Source: Magnetospirillum sp.
GTDB lineage: Bacteria > Pseudomonadota > Alphaproteobacteria > CACIAM-22H2
NCBI GenBank assembly: GCA_027532905.1
Contig: JAPZUA010000001.1
Coordinates: forward strand, 663,950-727,949
Length of the DNA: 64,000 nucleotides
Direction: 5' to 3'
Part shown: positions 26,460 to 35,479 of the stretch, in pieces
Layout of the letters: each line of letters begins with the position of its first letter
How positions within the stretch are numbered: the stretch's first letter is position 1
Program-made: the position numbers and the translations under genes
The notes under the pieces: generated by a model
Databases searched by the model: none
What the model saw: the letters and a program-made list of their open reading frames with translations, nothing else
What the model was told of the DNA's origin: nothing

Positions 26460-27277
26460 CGGCGGCACTGCTCGCCTTGCTTTGTGTTGCCTGCGGACCC
26501 GTGCCGCGGCCTTTTGCGCCCGACGACAAAATCCAGGCCCCCAACCCATTGCTGCGTCTCACCGACCATGGCGGCGTGGTCGTCGCCCCGGCGGCCGGCC
26601 TGCCGTTGGCTCAAGGTCGCGCCGTGGCCGAGGCGGTCGCCCAGGCATTGCGCGAAGCCGACATTCCGGCCAATGCGCGCATCGGCAATCCCTACAGCCT
26701 CGTGCTCGATCTGCAGGCATTGCCGGCATCGGAGGGGCTCGCACTGGCGGCAAGCCTCGTCGATCAAGACGGGACCAATCTCTTCGACGGCGAATCGCGC
26801 GGTGCGTTTCCCTCCAATCCCGAACAGCCCGCAGGTTGGATCTTTTTGGCGCAACCCTTGGCGCGCGCGATCGTGCTGGCAATGAAGCCCGAAACCGCGA
26901 TCGCGCGCCGTCTGCCGGCGGTCCTGGTCGGCAAAGTGACCGGTGCGCCCGCCAACGACGCGAACGCGCTCGCGCGCAGTCTTGCCTTCCAACTGGGCCG
27001 CGCGGGCCTGCGCGTCGTCGATGCGCCGGGAGCCGACACGATCACGGTCGAAGGCGAGGTCACGATCGCCGAACTGGGGTCGGAGACGCGCCGCCTGGCC
27101 GTCGCCTGGCGCGTGAGCGACAAAAACGGCGTCGAACTCGGCCGCGTCGACATGCAAAACCACGTGCCGCGCGTGTCGATCGAGCGGCAATGGGCCGAAT
27201 TGTCGTTCGAAATCGCCACCGCCGCCGCCGAGGGCATTCTCGACATTGCCGAGCGCGCGCGGCTTGGGCCCGATTGA
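26447..27277 (+). CDS. Hypothetical lipoprotein
   Basis: Signal peptide MFRLAAALLALLCVA-C with lipobox, from GTG 26447 (track start 26387). Two alpha/beta halves. Such genes commonly lie between pgeF and prs in alphaproteobacteria. Confidence 0.75.
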   Translation: MFRLAAALLALLCVACGPVPRPFAPDDKIQAPNPLLRLTDHGGVVVAPAAGLPLAQGRAVAEAVAQALREADIPANARIGNPYSLVLDLQALPASEGLALAASLVDQDGTNLFDGESRGAFPSNPEQPAGWIFLAQPLARAIVLAMKPETAIARRLPAVLVGKVTGAPANDANALARSLAFQLGRAGLRVVDAPGADTITVEGEVTIAELGSETRRLAVAWRVSDKNGVELGRVDMQNHVPRVSIERQWAELSFEIATAAAEGILDIAERARLGPD

Positions 27278-27287
27278 CAGCACCCCG

Positions 27288-27316
27288 ATTGACGTCGGGC
27301 GAATGGCGCCCTACCT
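27288..27316 (+). promoter_or_regulatory. Candidate RpoH/sigma70-type promoter of the TetR-like gene
   Basis: ATTGAC-N16-CCTACCT resembles the alphaproteobacterial RpoH consensus CTTGAA-N15/16-CCTAT(A/C)T. Confidence 0.35.
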
Positions 27317-27349
27317 CTAGTAATGTCCCTTTTCAGCCGAGGCAGCCCC

Positions 27350-28003
27350 ATGTCCGCCAAACGCGCCAAACCGAAAAACGCGACCTCGTCGGCGGGCCCG
27401 TCCGCAGCCGATAGCGCCGATTTGACGCTCGGCATCGAAGATCGCGCCCTCGACGCCGCCTTGCGCCTTGCCGCCACGCGGCGCTGGACCGACATCGCCC
27501 TTGGCGAGATCGCCGCAGAGGCCGGGCTCACGCTCGGCGAGATGCTGCGCCATGTGCGCTCGAAATCGGCGCTGTTGGCGTCCTTCTCGCGGCGCATCGA
27601 TGAAGCGATGCTGGCGACCCCCGCCGAGGCGGACGGCTCGGTTAAAGATCGGCTGTTCGAATTGCTGATGCGGCGTTTCGACGCGCTTGGGGCCTATCGC
27701 GATGCCGTACAGGGCATTCTTGACGGCATGGCGCGCGATCCGGCCACGACCCTGTGCCAGGGTCCGGCCTTGGTTGCCAGCATGCGGTATCTGGGTGACG
27801 CCGCCGGGGTAAAAACCACAGGGCTGCTAGGGCCTTTAAAGATCAATGCCTTAGCTGCCGTCTATTTGTGCACCCTTCGCGTTTGGCTCAAAGACGACAG
27901 TGCAGATGCAGCAAAAACCATGGCGGATCTGGACAAGAAACTTGGACGTCTTGAGTCTTGGACATCGAGTTTTCCAGCCTTTTTGAAGAGCAGCCCGACC
28001 TAA
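27350..28003 (+). CDS. TetR/AcrR-like transcriptional regulator
   Basis: AALRLAATRRWTDIALGEIAAEAGL HTH, DRLFELLMRRFDAL, VWLKDDS...KTMADLDKKL. Confidence 0.82.
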   Translation: MSAKRAKPKNATSSAGPSAADSADLTLGIEDRALDAALRLAATRRWTDIALGEIAAEAGLTLGEMLRHVRSKSALLASFSRRIDEAMLATPAEADGSVKDRLFELLMRRFDALGAYRDAVQGILDGMARDPATTLCQGPALVASMRYLGDAAGVKTTGLLGPLKINALAAVYLCTLRVWLKDDSADAAKTMADLDKKLGRLESWTSSFPAFLKSSPT

Positions 28004-28025
28004 TAAAGGGCGCCTGGATTTCTGC

Positions 28026-28072
28026 TGCACTGCACAAATTCGCTTGACGTGTCCGACTCCGTGGGGCATTTT
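28026..28072 (+). promoter_or_regulatory. PhaR-type operator and sigma70 promoter of the phasin gene
   Basis: TGCACTGCACAA (28026-37) fits the TGC-rich PhaR motif (TGCRNYGCASMA, recalled from Bradyrhizobium). It lies just upstream of TTGACG (28044-49)-N17-CATTTT (28067-72). Confidence 0.6.
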
Positions 28073-28140
28073 GCCCAAGCTTTAAGCTTGCCCGATTGCG
28101 AGCTGTGAAAAAGTCACCTGCTTGCGAGAGGAACCACGCC

Positions 28141-28608
28141 ATGATGAAGGGGACCCCTAAGATGCCGTTTGGCGATTTCGACTTCGGAAAGATGTTCGAC
28201 ATGTCCAAATTCGACATGACGAAGCAGATGGGCGAATTCAAGTTCGCTGCCGTCGATATGGAAGGCGTGGTTGCCACGCAGCGCAAGAACATCGAAGCGC
28301 TCGCCAAGGCCAACCAGCTTGCCGTCGAAAGCATGCAGGCGATCGCTCGCCGCCAGTCGGAAATCTTCCGCTCGATGATGGAAGAAGCCTCGTCGGCCGC
28401 GCGCGAAGTGATGGCCGCCGGCAGCCCCGAAGAAAAGGCCGCCAAGCAGACCGAAATCGTCAAGGACGCCTTCCAGCGCGCGGTCGTAAACATGCGCGAA
28501 CTGGCCGAGCTCGTGGCGAAGTCGCAGACCGACGCGATGGAAGTTGTGCAGCAGCGCGTCGCCGAGAGCCTCGACGAAATCAAGACGGTCATCGCGAAGA
28601 AGAAGTAA
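28141..28608 (+). CDS. phaP: Phasin (PHA granule-associated protein)
   Basis: DMEGVVATQRKNIEALAKANQLAVE...RQSE...NMRELAELVAKSQ...RVAESLDEIK. GAGG SD before 28141. Confidence 0.9.
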   Translation: MMKGTPKMPFGDFDFGKMFDMSKFDMTKQMGEFKFAAVDMEGVVATQRKNIEALAKANQLAVESMQAIARRQSEIFRSMMEEASSAAREVMAAGSPEEKAAKQTEIVKDAFQRAVVNMRELAELVAKSQTDAMEVVQQRVAESLDEIKTVIAKKK

Positions 28609-28630
28609 TTTTTTCTTCGTGCTAAGAGAC

Positions 28631-28660
28631 AGGCCCCGCCGGAAACGGCGGGGCCTTTTT
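28631..28660 (+). terminator. Rho-independent terminator after the phasin gene
   Basis: AGGCCCCGCCG-GAAA-CGGCGGGGCCT followed by a T-run. Confidence 0.9.
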
Positions 28661-28679
28661 CGTTGTGGAGACGGGTGCG

Positions 28680-29018
28680 ATGGACCAGATCGGATTTGCC
28701 GATTTCGAGCGCGTGGATATTCGAGTGGGCACCGTGATTGCGGTCGAGCCCTTCCCGCAAGCGCGCAAACCCGCCTTCAAGCTGCAGATCGATTTCGGGC
28801 CCGAGATCGGCGTCAAAAAAAGTTCGGCGCAGATTACGGTGCACTACACGCCCGAAACCCTGGTCGGCCGCCAGGTCGCGGCCGTGGTGAATTTCCCGCC
28901 GCGCCAGATCGGCCCGTTCATGAGCGAGGTGCTCACGCTGGGCTTTCCCGATGCGAACGGTGCGGTCGTGCTGATCGGCCCGTCGCTGCCCGTGCCCAAT
29001 GGCGGCAAGCTTTTCTGA
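28680..29018 (+). CDS. csaA: tRNA-binding protein / export chaperone CsaA
   Basis: [44 protein letters not shown]. Confidence 0.92.
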   Translation: MDQIGFADFERVDIRVGTVIAVEPFPQARKPAFKLQIDFGPEIGVKKSSAQITVHYTPETLVGRQVAAVVNFPPRQIGPFMSEVLTLGFPDANGAVVLIGPSLPVPNGGKLF

Positions 29019-29027
29019 GGAAGTGCG

Positions 29028-29828
29028 ATGACCGATCCCAAGATCCTTCTCGTCGGCTGCGGCAAAATGGGCGGGGCCATGCTGCAAGGCTGGCTTGCCG
29101 ATGCGGGCCTTGGGCCCTTTGTGGCGGTCGAGCCTGGCCCCGCCCCTGCAGCCGCCCATGCGCACGTGCGCCATGTCGCCGATCATGCCGCCATTCCGGC
29201 CGACTTCGTGCCGGACGTCGTCGTTTTCGCGACCAAGCCGCAGGTGATGAACGACGTCGCACCAGCCTATCGGCGTTTTGCGCGTGCGCTGTTCGTGTCG
29301 ATCGCAGCGGGAACCACGATCGCGACGTTCGAGCGTCATTTGGGTTCCGGCATCGCGATCGTGCGCGCGATGCCGAATACGCCGGCGTCCGTCGGGCGCG
29401 GCATTTCGGGCGCTTACGCAAGCCCGGCCGTTTCGCCCGACCAGCGTGCGCTTGCCGACCGGCTGCTGCGCAGCGTGGGTGCGGTCGAATGGGTGGCGAG
29501 CGAAGCCCTGATCGATGCCGTGACGGCCGTCTCGGGCTCGGGCCCGGCCTATGTGTTTTTGCTGGCCGAGGCATTGGCGGATGCCGGCGCAAAAGCCGGT
29601 TTGCCCGCCGATTTGGCCCAACGCTTGGCCCGTGCGACGGTCGCAGGGGCCGGCGAGTTGCTGCACCAAGCCCCTGAATCGGCAGAACAATTGCGCAAAA
29701 ACGTGACCTCGCCCAACGGTACGACGGCGGCCGCTTTGGCCGTGCTGATGGCGACAGACGGATTCGGCCCGCTCCTCGAGCGTGCCGTTGCCGCCGCCGC
29801 CAAACGCGCCCGCGAACTCGCCAGTTAG
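29028..29828 (+). CDS. proC: Pyrroline-5-carboxylate reductase
   Basis: GCGKMG, KPQ, SIAAG, RAMPNTP, TAVSGSGPAY, VTSPNGTT. Confidence 0.96.
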   Translation: MTDPKILLVGCGKMGGAMLQGWLADAGLGPFVAVEPGPAPAAAHAHVRHVADHAAIPADFVPDVVVFATKPQVMNDVAPAYRRFARALFVSIAAGTTIATFERHLGSGIAIVRAMPNTPASVGRGISGAYASPAVSPDQRALADRLLRSVGAVEWVASEALIDAVTAVSGSGPAYVFLLAEALADAGAKAGLPADLAQRLARATVAGAGELLHQAPESAEQLRKNVTSPNGTTAAALAVLMATDGFGPLLERAVAAAAKRARELAS

Positions 29829-29978
29829 AGGCGGCTCCACGAGCCATAGACAGACCAGGGCGACGCTGTTATTTTCCCGGCCGCTCGCGCTGGACGGTGT
29901 TTTCGACCCGCGCGGGCTTGTCGTTTTTGGCATCGCTATCAAGACTTTGCGCGACCTTGCGCGCGACGGATCGGCACG

Positions 29979-30911
29979 ATGAAAATTCTCGCCTGCAATT
30001 CCAACCGGGTCCTGGCCGAAGCCGTCGCCGAATATCTCGATATTCCGCTGACCAAGGCGAATATCCGGCGCTTCGCGGACCAAGAAGTGTTCGTCGAGAT
30101 TCTCGAAAACGTGCGCGGCGAAGACGTCTTCGTCGTGCAGTCGACGAGCTTCCCGGCCAACGACCATCTGATGGAATTGCTCGTTTCGATCGACGCGTTG
30201 CGCCGCGGCTCGGCGCGCCGCATCACGGCCGTGCTGCCGTATTACGGCTACGCGCGCCAGGACCGCAAATCGGGTCCGCGCACGCCGATCTCGGCCAAGC
30301 TTGTGGCAAATCTTATCACGACTGCCGGTGCCGACCGCGTGGTCACGGTCGATCTGCACGCCGGCCAGATCCAAGGCTTCTTCGACATTCCGCTCGACAA
30401 TCTGTTCACCGCACCCACTTTCGTCAAAGACATGCGCGACCGCTTCAAGGGTGCGGACGTTGTGATGGTGAGCCCGGACGTCGGCGGTGTCGTTCGCGCG
30501 CGCGCGATCGCCAAGCGCGTCGAGGCCGATCTTGCGATCATCGACAAGCGCCGCGAACGTGCGGGCGTTTCGGAAGTCATGAACATCATCGGCGACGTCA
30601 AAGGCCGCACCTGCGTGCTGGTGGACGATATCGTCGACAGTGCCGGTACGCTGTGCAATGCGGCCGTGGCGCTGATGGACGAGGGTGCCAAAGAAGTGTG
30701 GGCCTACGTGGTGCACGGGGTGCTTTCGGGTGCGGCCGTTGCGCGCGTGACGGCGTCGCCCCTCAAAGAACTCGTGCTGACCGATTCCATCCTGGCGACC
30801 GAGGCCGTGAAGGCGGCCGCGAACATCCGCCAGGTGCCGATCGCGCCCTTGCTGGCCGAGGCGATGAAACGCATCAGCGAAGAACGTTCGGTTTCGAGCC
30901 TGTTCGACTAG
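29979..30911 (+). CDS. prs: Ribose-phosphate pyrophosphokinase
   Basis: [44 protein letters not shown]. Confidence 0.97.
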   Translation: MKILACNSNRVLAEAVAEYLDIPLTKANIRRFADQEVFVEILENVRGEDVFVVQSTSFPANDHLMELLVSIDALRRGSARRITAVLPYYGYARQDRKSGPRTPISAKLVANLITTAGADRVVTVDLHAGQIQGFFDIPLDNLFTAPTFVKDMRDRFKGADVVMVSPDVGGVVRARAIAKRVEADLAIIDKRRERAGVSEVMNIIGDVKGRTCVLVDDIVDSAGTLCNAAVALMDEGAKEVWAYVVHGVLSGAAVARVTASPLKELVLTDSILATEAVKAAANIRQVPIAPLLAEAMKRISEERSVSSLFD

Positions 30912-30934
30912 AGCAGCCGCGAAACCGACGACGA

Positions 30935-30968
30935 CCGACGTTGCGGCACCCCTGGAGGCCGGCGTCGG
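30935..30968 (+). promoter_or_regulatory. Candidate structured rplY (bL25) mRNA leader
   Basis: CCGACGTT/GGCGTCGG stem with an inner GGC/GCC stem enclosing ACCCCTGGAG, just upstream of the rplY SD. Confidence 0.4.
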
Positions 30969-30992
30969 AACCCTGGTAGAGGAGAGTAGAGT

Positions 30993-31709
30993 ATGTCGAC
31001 TGCAATCAAACTCGCGGCCACCGCGAGAGAGCGGGCTGGGAAAGGGGCCGCCCGCGCCGTCCGTCGTGAGGGCCGTGTTCCGGCCGTCATCTACGGCGAC
31101 AAAACAGCCCCTGTGATGATCTCGCTCGATCCGCGCGACATCATGCGCGAAGCGTCCAAGGCCGGGTTCTTCACCCGTCTTTACGACGTCGAGGTCGACG
31201 GCAAAGCGCACCGCGTTCTGCCGCGCGACATTCAGTTCCACCCGGTGAACGACAAGCCCGAACATGTCGACTTCCAGCGCGTGGGCGAAACCACGCGCGT
31301 GCGCGTCGAAGTGCCGGTCAAGCTCGAGAACCTGGAAAAGTCGCCGGGCGTGAAGCGCGGCGGCGTGGTCAATCTCGTGCGCCACGCGATCGAAGTGTGG
31401 GCGATGCCGGGCAACATTCCCTCGCGCATCGTGATCGACATGGCCGGTCTCGACATCGGCGATTCGATCCACATCGAAGCGATCAAGTTGCCCGAGGGCG
31501 TGAAGCCCACCATCGCGCGCAACTTCACGGTCGTGGCCTTGCGTGCCCCCAGCGTGTCGAAGGTCGAAGAGAAGACCGAGACCGTTGCGGCAGCCGCAGC
31601 CCCTGCGGCCGACGGCAAGGCGGCACCCGCCGCTGCCGCCGGAGCGAAGGCCGGCGACGCCAAGGCGGCACCCGCCGCTGCGGCCGCCAAGCCTGCTGCC
31701 AAGAAGTAA
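30993..31709 (+). CDS. rplY: 50S ribosomal protein bL25/Ctc
   Basis: GKGAARAVRREGRVPAVIYG, IQFHPV, HVDF, SPGVKRGG, LDIGDSIH, Ala/Lys-rich tail. Confidence 0.96.
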   Translation: MSTAIKLAATARERAGKGAARAVRREGRVPAVIYGDKTAPVMISLDPRDIMREASKAGFFTRLYDVEVDGKAHRVLPRDIQFHPVNDKPEHVDFQRVGETTRVRVEVPVKLENLEKSPGVKRGGVVNLVRHAIEVWAMPGNIPSRIVIDMAGLDIGDSIHIEAIKLPEGVKPTIARNFTVVALRAPSVSKVEEKTETVAAAAAPAADGKAAPAAAAGAKAGDAKAAPAAAAAKPAAKK

Positions 31710-31745
31710 GCCAGCGACGTTTCGCGAAAATTCGGGGCCCGGACC

Positions 31746-32330
31746 ATGAAGCTCCTTGTCGGGCTTGGCAATCCGGGCCCCGAATACGCGAACAACCGCC
31801 ACAATGTCGGTTTCCATGCCCTCGATGCCGTCGCGGCACGCTGGCATTTCGGCCCCTGGAAAAAGCGCCTGGGCGGCATCACGGCCGAGGGCGACATTGC
31901 AGGCCACCGCACCGTGGCGCTGAAGCCGCTCACCTACATGAACGATTCCGGCCGCTCGGTCGGCGAGGCAAGCCGGTTTCTGAAGATCGTGCCGAACTCG
32001 ATTGTGGTGGTGCACGACGAACTCGACCTGCCGCCCGCCAAAATCCGCACCAAGTCCGGCGGCGGCCATGGCGGGCACAACGGTCTGCGTTCGATCGACG
32101 CCCATCTCGGCACCAAGGATTATCGGCGCCTGCGCATCGGCATCGGCCATCCGGGCGACAAGGCGCTGGTGTCGGACTATGTGCTGCACGATTTCGGCAA
32201 GGGCGACCGCTTGTGGCTCGAGCCGCTGCTGGCCGCGATCGCTGACAGTGCTTCCATGCTGCTCGACGGCAACGAGGCTGGGTTTCTCAACAAAGTGGCG
32301 CGCCTGACGGCGCCGCTCAAACCGGTTTGA
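31746..32330 (+). CDS. pth: Peptidyl-tRNA hydrolase
   Basis: VGLGNPG, RHNVGF, KPLTYMN, HDELD, GGHNGLRS, RIGIGHP. Confidence 0.97.
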   Translation: MKLLVGLGNPGPEYANNRHNVGFHALDAVAARWHFGPWKKRLGGITAEGDIAGHRTVALKPLTYMNDSGRSVGEASRFLKIVPNSIVVVHDELDLPPAKIRTKSGGGHGGHNGLRSIDAHLGTKDYRRLRIGIGHPGDKALVSDYVLHDFGKGDRLWLEPLLAAIADSASMLLDGNEAGFLNKVARLTAPLKPV

Positions 32331-32342
32331 AGGAACAGGAAT

Positions 32343-33443
32343 ATGGGTTTTCGCTGCGGAATCGTGGGCCTGCCGAATGTCGGCAAATCGACCCTGTTCA
32401 ACGCGCTGACGGCGACGGCAGCGGCGGCGGCGGCGAACTATCCGTTCTGCACGATCGAGCCCAATGTGGGCCGCGTGCCCGTGCCCGATGCGCGCCTCGA
32501 CAAACTCGCTTCGCTCGGCAAGTCGCAGCGCGTGGTGCCCACGCAGCTTGAGTTCGTGGATATTGCGGGCCTCGTGCGCGGGGCGTCCAAGGGCGAAGGC
32601 CTCGGCAACCAGTTCCTCGGCCATATCCGCGAAGTGGACGCGATCGCCCACGTGCTGCGCTGCTTCGAGAACGGCGACATCGTGCACGTTGAAGGCTCGA
32701 TCGACCCGATCCGCGATGCCGAGACTGTCGAAACCGAATTGATGCTGGCCGACATGGACAGCCTCGAAAAGCGCCTGCCCAATCTGCAGAAAAAAGCCAA
32801 AGGCGGCGACAAAGAATCCAAAGCCCAGATCGAGATCATCGAGCCCGTACTCGAAGCCCTGCGTGCGGGAAAGCCCGCCCGCACCTTCGTGCCCTCGGCC
32901 GAACAGCGCGAGACCTTGCGCCAGCTGCAGCTGCTGACGGCCAAGCCTGTGCTCTATGTGTGCAATGTCGAAGAGGAAAGTGCCGACAAAGGCAATTCGC
33001 TGTCGGCCAAAGTGGCCGAGATGGCGGCCCGCCAGGGGGCTTCGAGCGTGGTAATTTCGGCCGCGATCGAAGCCGAGATCTCGCAGCTGGCCAGTGCCGA
33101 AGAACGCCAGGAGTTTCTGGCCACGCTCGGCCTGTCGGAGACCGGCCTGACGCGCGTGATCCGCGCGGGCTACGGCCTGTTGGGCCTGCTCACCTTCTTC
33201 ACGGTGGGGCCCAAGGAAGCGCGCGCTTGGACCGTGCGCGCGGGCGCCAAAGCGCCCGAAGCGGCGGGTGCGATCCACAGCGATTTCGAACGCGGCTTCA
33301 TCGCGGCCGAAACCATCGCCTATGCCGATTACGTGGCGCTGGGCGGCGAAGCGGGGGCCAAAGAGGCCGGCAAGGCCCGCACTGAAGGCCGCGACTACAC
33401 GGCCAACGACGGCGACGTATTCCTTTTTAGATTCAACGTCTAA
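32343..33443 (+). CDS. ychF: Redox-regulated ATPase YchF
   Basis: GLPNVGKST, NYPFCTIEPN, DIAGLV, GEGLGNQFL, IHSDFERGFI, FRFNV. Confidence 0.97.
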   Translation: MGFRCGIVGLPNVGKSTLFNALTATAAAAAANYPFCTIEPNVGRVPVPDARLDKLASLGKSQRVVPTQLEFVDIAGLVRGASKGEGLGNQFLGHIREVDAIAHVLRCFENGDIVHVEGSIDPIRDAETVETELMLADMDSLEKRLPNLQKKAKGGDKESKAQIEIIEPVLEALRAGKPARTFVPSAEQRETLRQLQLLTAKPVLYVCNVEEESADKGNSLSAKVAEMAARQGASSVVISAAIEAEISQLASAEERQEFLATLGLSETGLTRVIRAGYGLLGLLTFFTVGPKEARAWTVRAGAKAPEAAGAIHSDFERGFIAAETIAYADYVALGGEAGAKEAGKARTEGRDYTANDGDVFLFRFNV

Positions 33444-33569
33444 TATCCACAACCTCCGACCGGAGGCCGAAAAAAACTTCGCCGCCTGTGACGAAGGGCA
33501 CTTGACAGCTTTCGCACGACTGCAGGATGTTCTGTCGGAACAACTGCACCCGTGCGAAAAATAAGCAGC

Positions 33570-34271
33570 ATGCAAGTGGTTTCCCCGGCCCGTCTGCTCC
33601 TCATTCTGTGCGCGCTTGCACTCGGTGCGTGTGCGGCGAACAATCGCCGGGCCGAGGATTTCACCGCATTCAAGGGCGGCAAAGACGCCGTCATTCTGGT
33701 TTTGCCCGTCGATGCCGAATTGTCGGAGCTTTCCTTCGGCGGCTATCCGACGACGCGGCGCGACTGGACGCTCGCCGCACGCGAGCATCTGAACGCCAAT
33801 CTGCGGTCGGCTTTGCAGAAAAAGTCCATCTCGGCCGTCTTCGGCGAAACCCAAGAGCCCGACGAGGCGACCGCAAAGCTGTTGCGGGTGCACGCGGCGG
33901 TCGGCCAGTCGATCATGAGCCACCAATACGAAGGGCCGGCCAAGCTGCCGACCAAGGCCAGCGGCTTCGACTGGACCTTGGGCACCGACGCGCGTGCGCT
34001 GGGCCAGGGGTCGACGGCGAACTATGCTCTTTTCATTCATGTGCGCGACTCGTATTCGTCGGCGGGGCGCGTCATGGCGCAGGCGATCGCGGCTGCCGTG
34101 TTCGGCGTGGCGATACAAGGCGGCGCGCAGACGGGCTTCGCTTCGCTCGTCGATCTGCAGACGGGCCAGGTCGTCTGGTTCAACCGGCTGCTGCGCGCGG
34201 CGGGCGATCTGCGCACGCACGAAGCGGCGATCGAAACCGTCGAGGTTTTGCTGGCCGGTCTGCCCGAATGA
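33570..34271 (+). CDS. Hypothetical lipoprotein
   Basis: Signal MQVVSPARLLLILCALALGA-C; Gly/Ala-rich segment, then ASLVDLQTGQVVWFN. A perfect TTGACA lies upstream at 33502-07. Confidence 0.78.
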   Translation: MQVVSPARLLLILCALALGACAANNRRAEDFTAFKGGKDAVILVLPVDAELSELSFGGYPTTRRDWTLAAREHLNANLRSALQKKSISAVFGETQEPDEATAKLLRVHAAVGQSIMSHQYEGPAKLPTKASGFDWTLGTDARALGQGSTANYALFIHVRDSYSSAGRVMAQAIAAAVFGVAIQGGAQTGFASLVDLQTGQVVWFNRLLRAAGDLRTHEAAIETVEVLLAGLPE

Positions 34272-35476
34272 ACCTGACGCGGCGCATGTTTCTGGGCGGC
34301 CTTTGCACCTGCAGTGCGGGCGGCCTGCTCGCCTGCACGCCGACCGATCCGGGCAGACCGCGCCTCGACGCAGGCATCGGCGGCCAAAGCGACCTTTCGC
34401 CGCGCAACCAGCCAGGCCAGCGCCACGGCACCGATGCCGATCCGGATGCGGGCATGCGCGAGACCTTTGAAGGCATGGAACGGCGCCTCCAGGCCTCGCG
34501 CTATCGCGTGCGCGAGGCCAAGGTGAACGCCTATGTCGGCGGCATCGTGCAGCGCATGGCCGGCGAATTCGCTTCCGACATCCGCACTTACATCGTACGC
34601 GTGCCCGATTTCAACGCGACCCAAGCCCCCAACGGCATGATGCAGGTATGGACCGGCCTGCTCGTGCGCTGCACGAACGAATCGCAGATGGCGGCCGTGC
34701 TGGGGCACGAGATCGGCCACTACACGCGCGCGCACGGCCGCGAGGGGCACAATGTGCGGCGCAGGAATGCCGACCTCGGGCAAGCGCTTGCGATGGTGCT
34801 GGGGGCCGCCGGAGCGCCCCAGCTTGCCGACATCAACAACGTGCTGCTGACAGCGAGCAGCTTCGGCTACAACCGGGAAAACGAGCGCGAATCGGACGAG
34901 ATCGGCATTCGCCTGCTGGCCGAGCACGGGCTTTCGCCAATCGAAGCGGCGCGAAACTGGGAAAACATCACGACCGAGTTCGAGGCGCGCGGCCTTCCGC
35001 GCAGCCAAAGTCTGCTGTTTTCGACCCACCCGTCCGACGAGGAGCGCACCGAGCATTTGCGCCGCCGCGCGGGCGAGCTTCCGCCCGGCGAGGCGCACGC
35101 GGCGCGCTATCGCGACGGCATTTCCGAGATACGCGAATACATCTTCGAAGAGCAGATACGCACGGGCGTGCATGCGAGCACGATCGTCATCGGCGACCGC
35201 TGGCTTGCCGAGTTTCCGGGCGACGGCCTTGCCCTCTACGCCAAAGGCGAAGCGCTGCGCTTGCGCGCCAAGACGGGCGACGACGAAGCGGCGGCGGCGG
35301 CACTCGACGCCGCCATTCGCGATACGAATACCCCCGCGAATGCCTGGCGCGGCTACGGCCTCTTGCGCCGCAAGCTGGGGCAGGAGGCGGAGGCGCGCGA
35401 ACTGCTGACCGAATATCTCCGCCGCGCGCCCAACGCGCCCGACCGCGATCTTGTCCGACGCAGCCTTGCAGGATAG
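34268..35476 (+). CDS. M48 family metalloprotease with TPR-like C-terminus, predicted Tat lipoprotein
   Basis: MNLTRRMFL twin-arginine signal, LLA-C lipobox, FNA, AAVLGHEIGH (HExxH), ERESDEIG, STHP. ATGA overlap with the upstream gene. Confidence 0.88.
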   Translation: MNLTRRMFLGGLCTCSAGGLLACTPTDPGRPRLDAGIGGQSDLSPRNQPGQRHGTDADPDAGMRETFEGMERRLQASRYRVREAKVNAYVGGIVQRMAGEFASDIRTYIVRVPDFNATQAPNGMMQVWTGLLVRCTNESQMAAVLGHEIGHYTRAHGREGHNVRRRNADLGQALAMVLGAAGAPQLADINNVLLTASSFGYNRENERESDEIGIRLLAEHGLSPIEAARNWENITTEFEARGLPRSQSLLFSTHPSDEERTEHLRRRAGELPPGEAHAARYRDGISEIREYIFEEQIRTGVHASTIVIGDRWLAEFPGDGLALYAKGEALRLRAKTGDDEAAAAALDAAIRDTNTPANAWRGYGLLRRKLGQEAEARELLTEYLRRAPNAPDRDLVRRSLAG

Positions 35477-35479
35477 AGC

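Noticed and set aside
29829..29978. tRNA upstream of prs
   Set aside because: No cloverleaf, T-loop GTTCGA in context, or CCA end.
31585..31706. Repeated AAGGCGGCACCCGCCGCTGC in the rplY 3' end
   Set aside because: Encodes the ordinary low-complexity Ala/Lys/Pro tail of bL25; two copies only, not a CRISPR or mobile repeat.
33443..33451. DnaA-box-like ATATCCACA after ychF
   Set aside because: A single mismatched copy with no box cluster or AT-rich unwinding element; not an origin.
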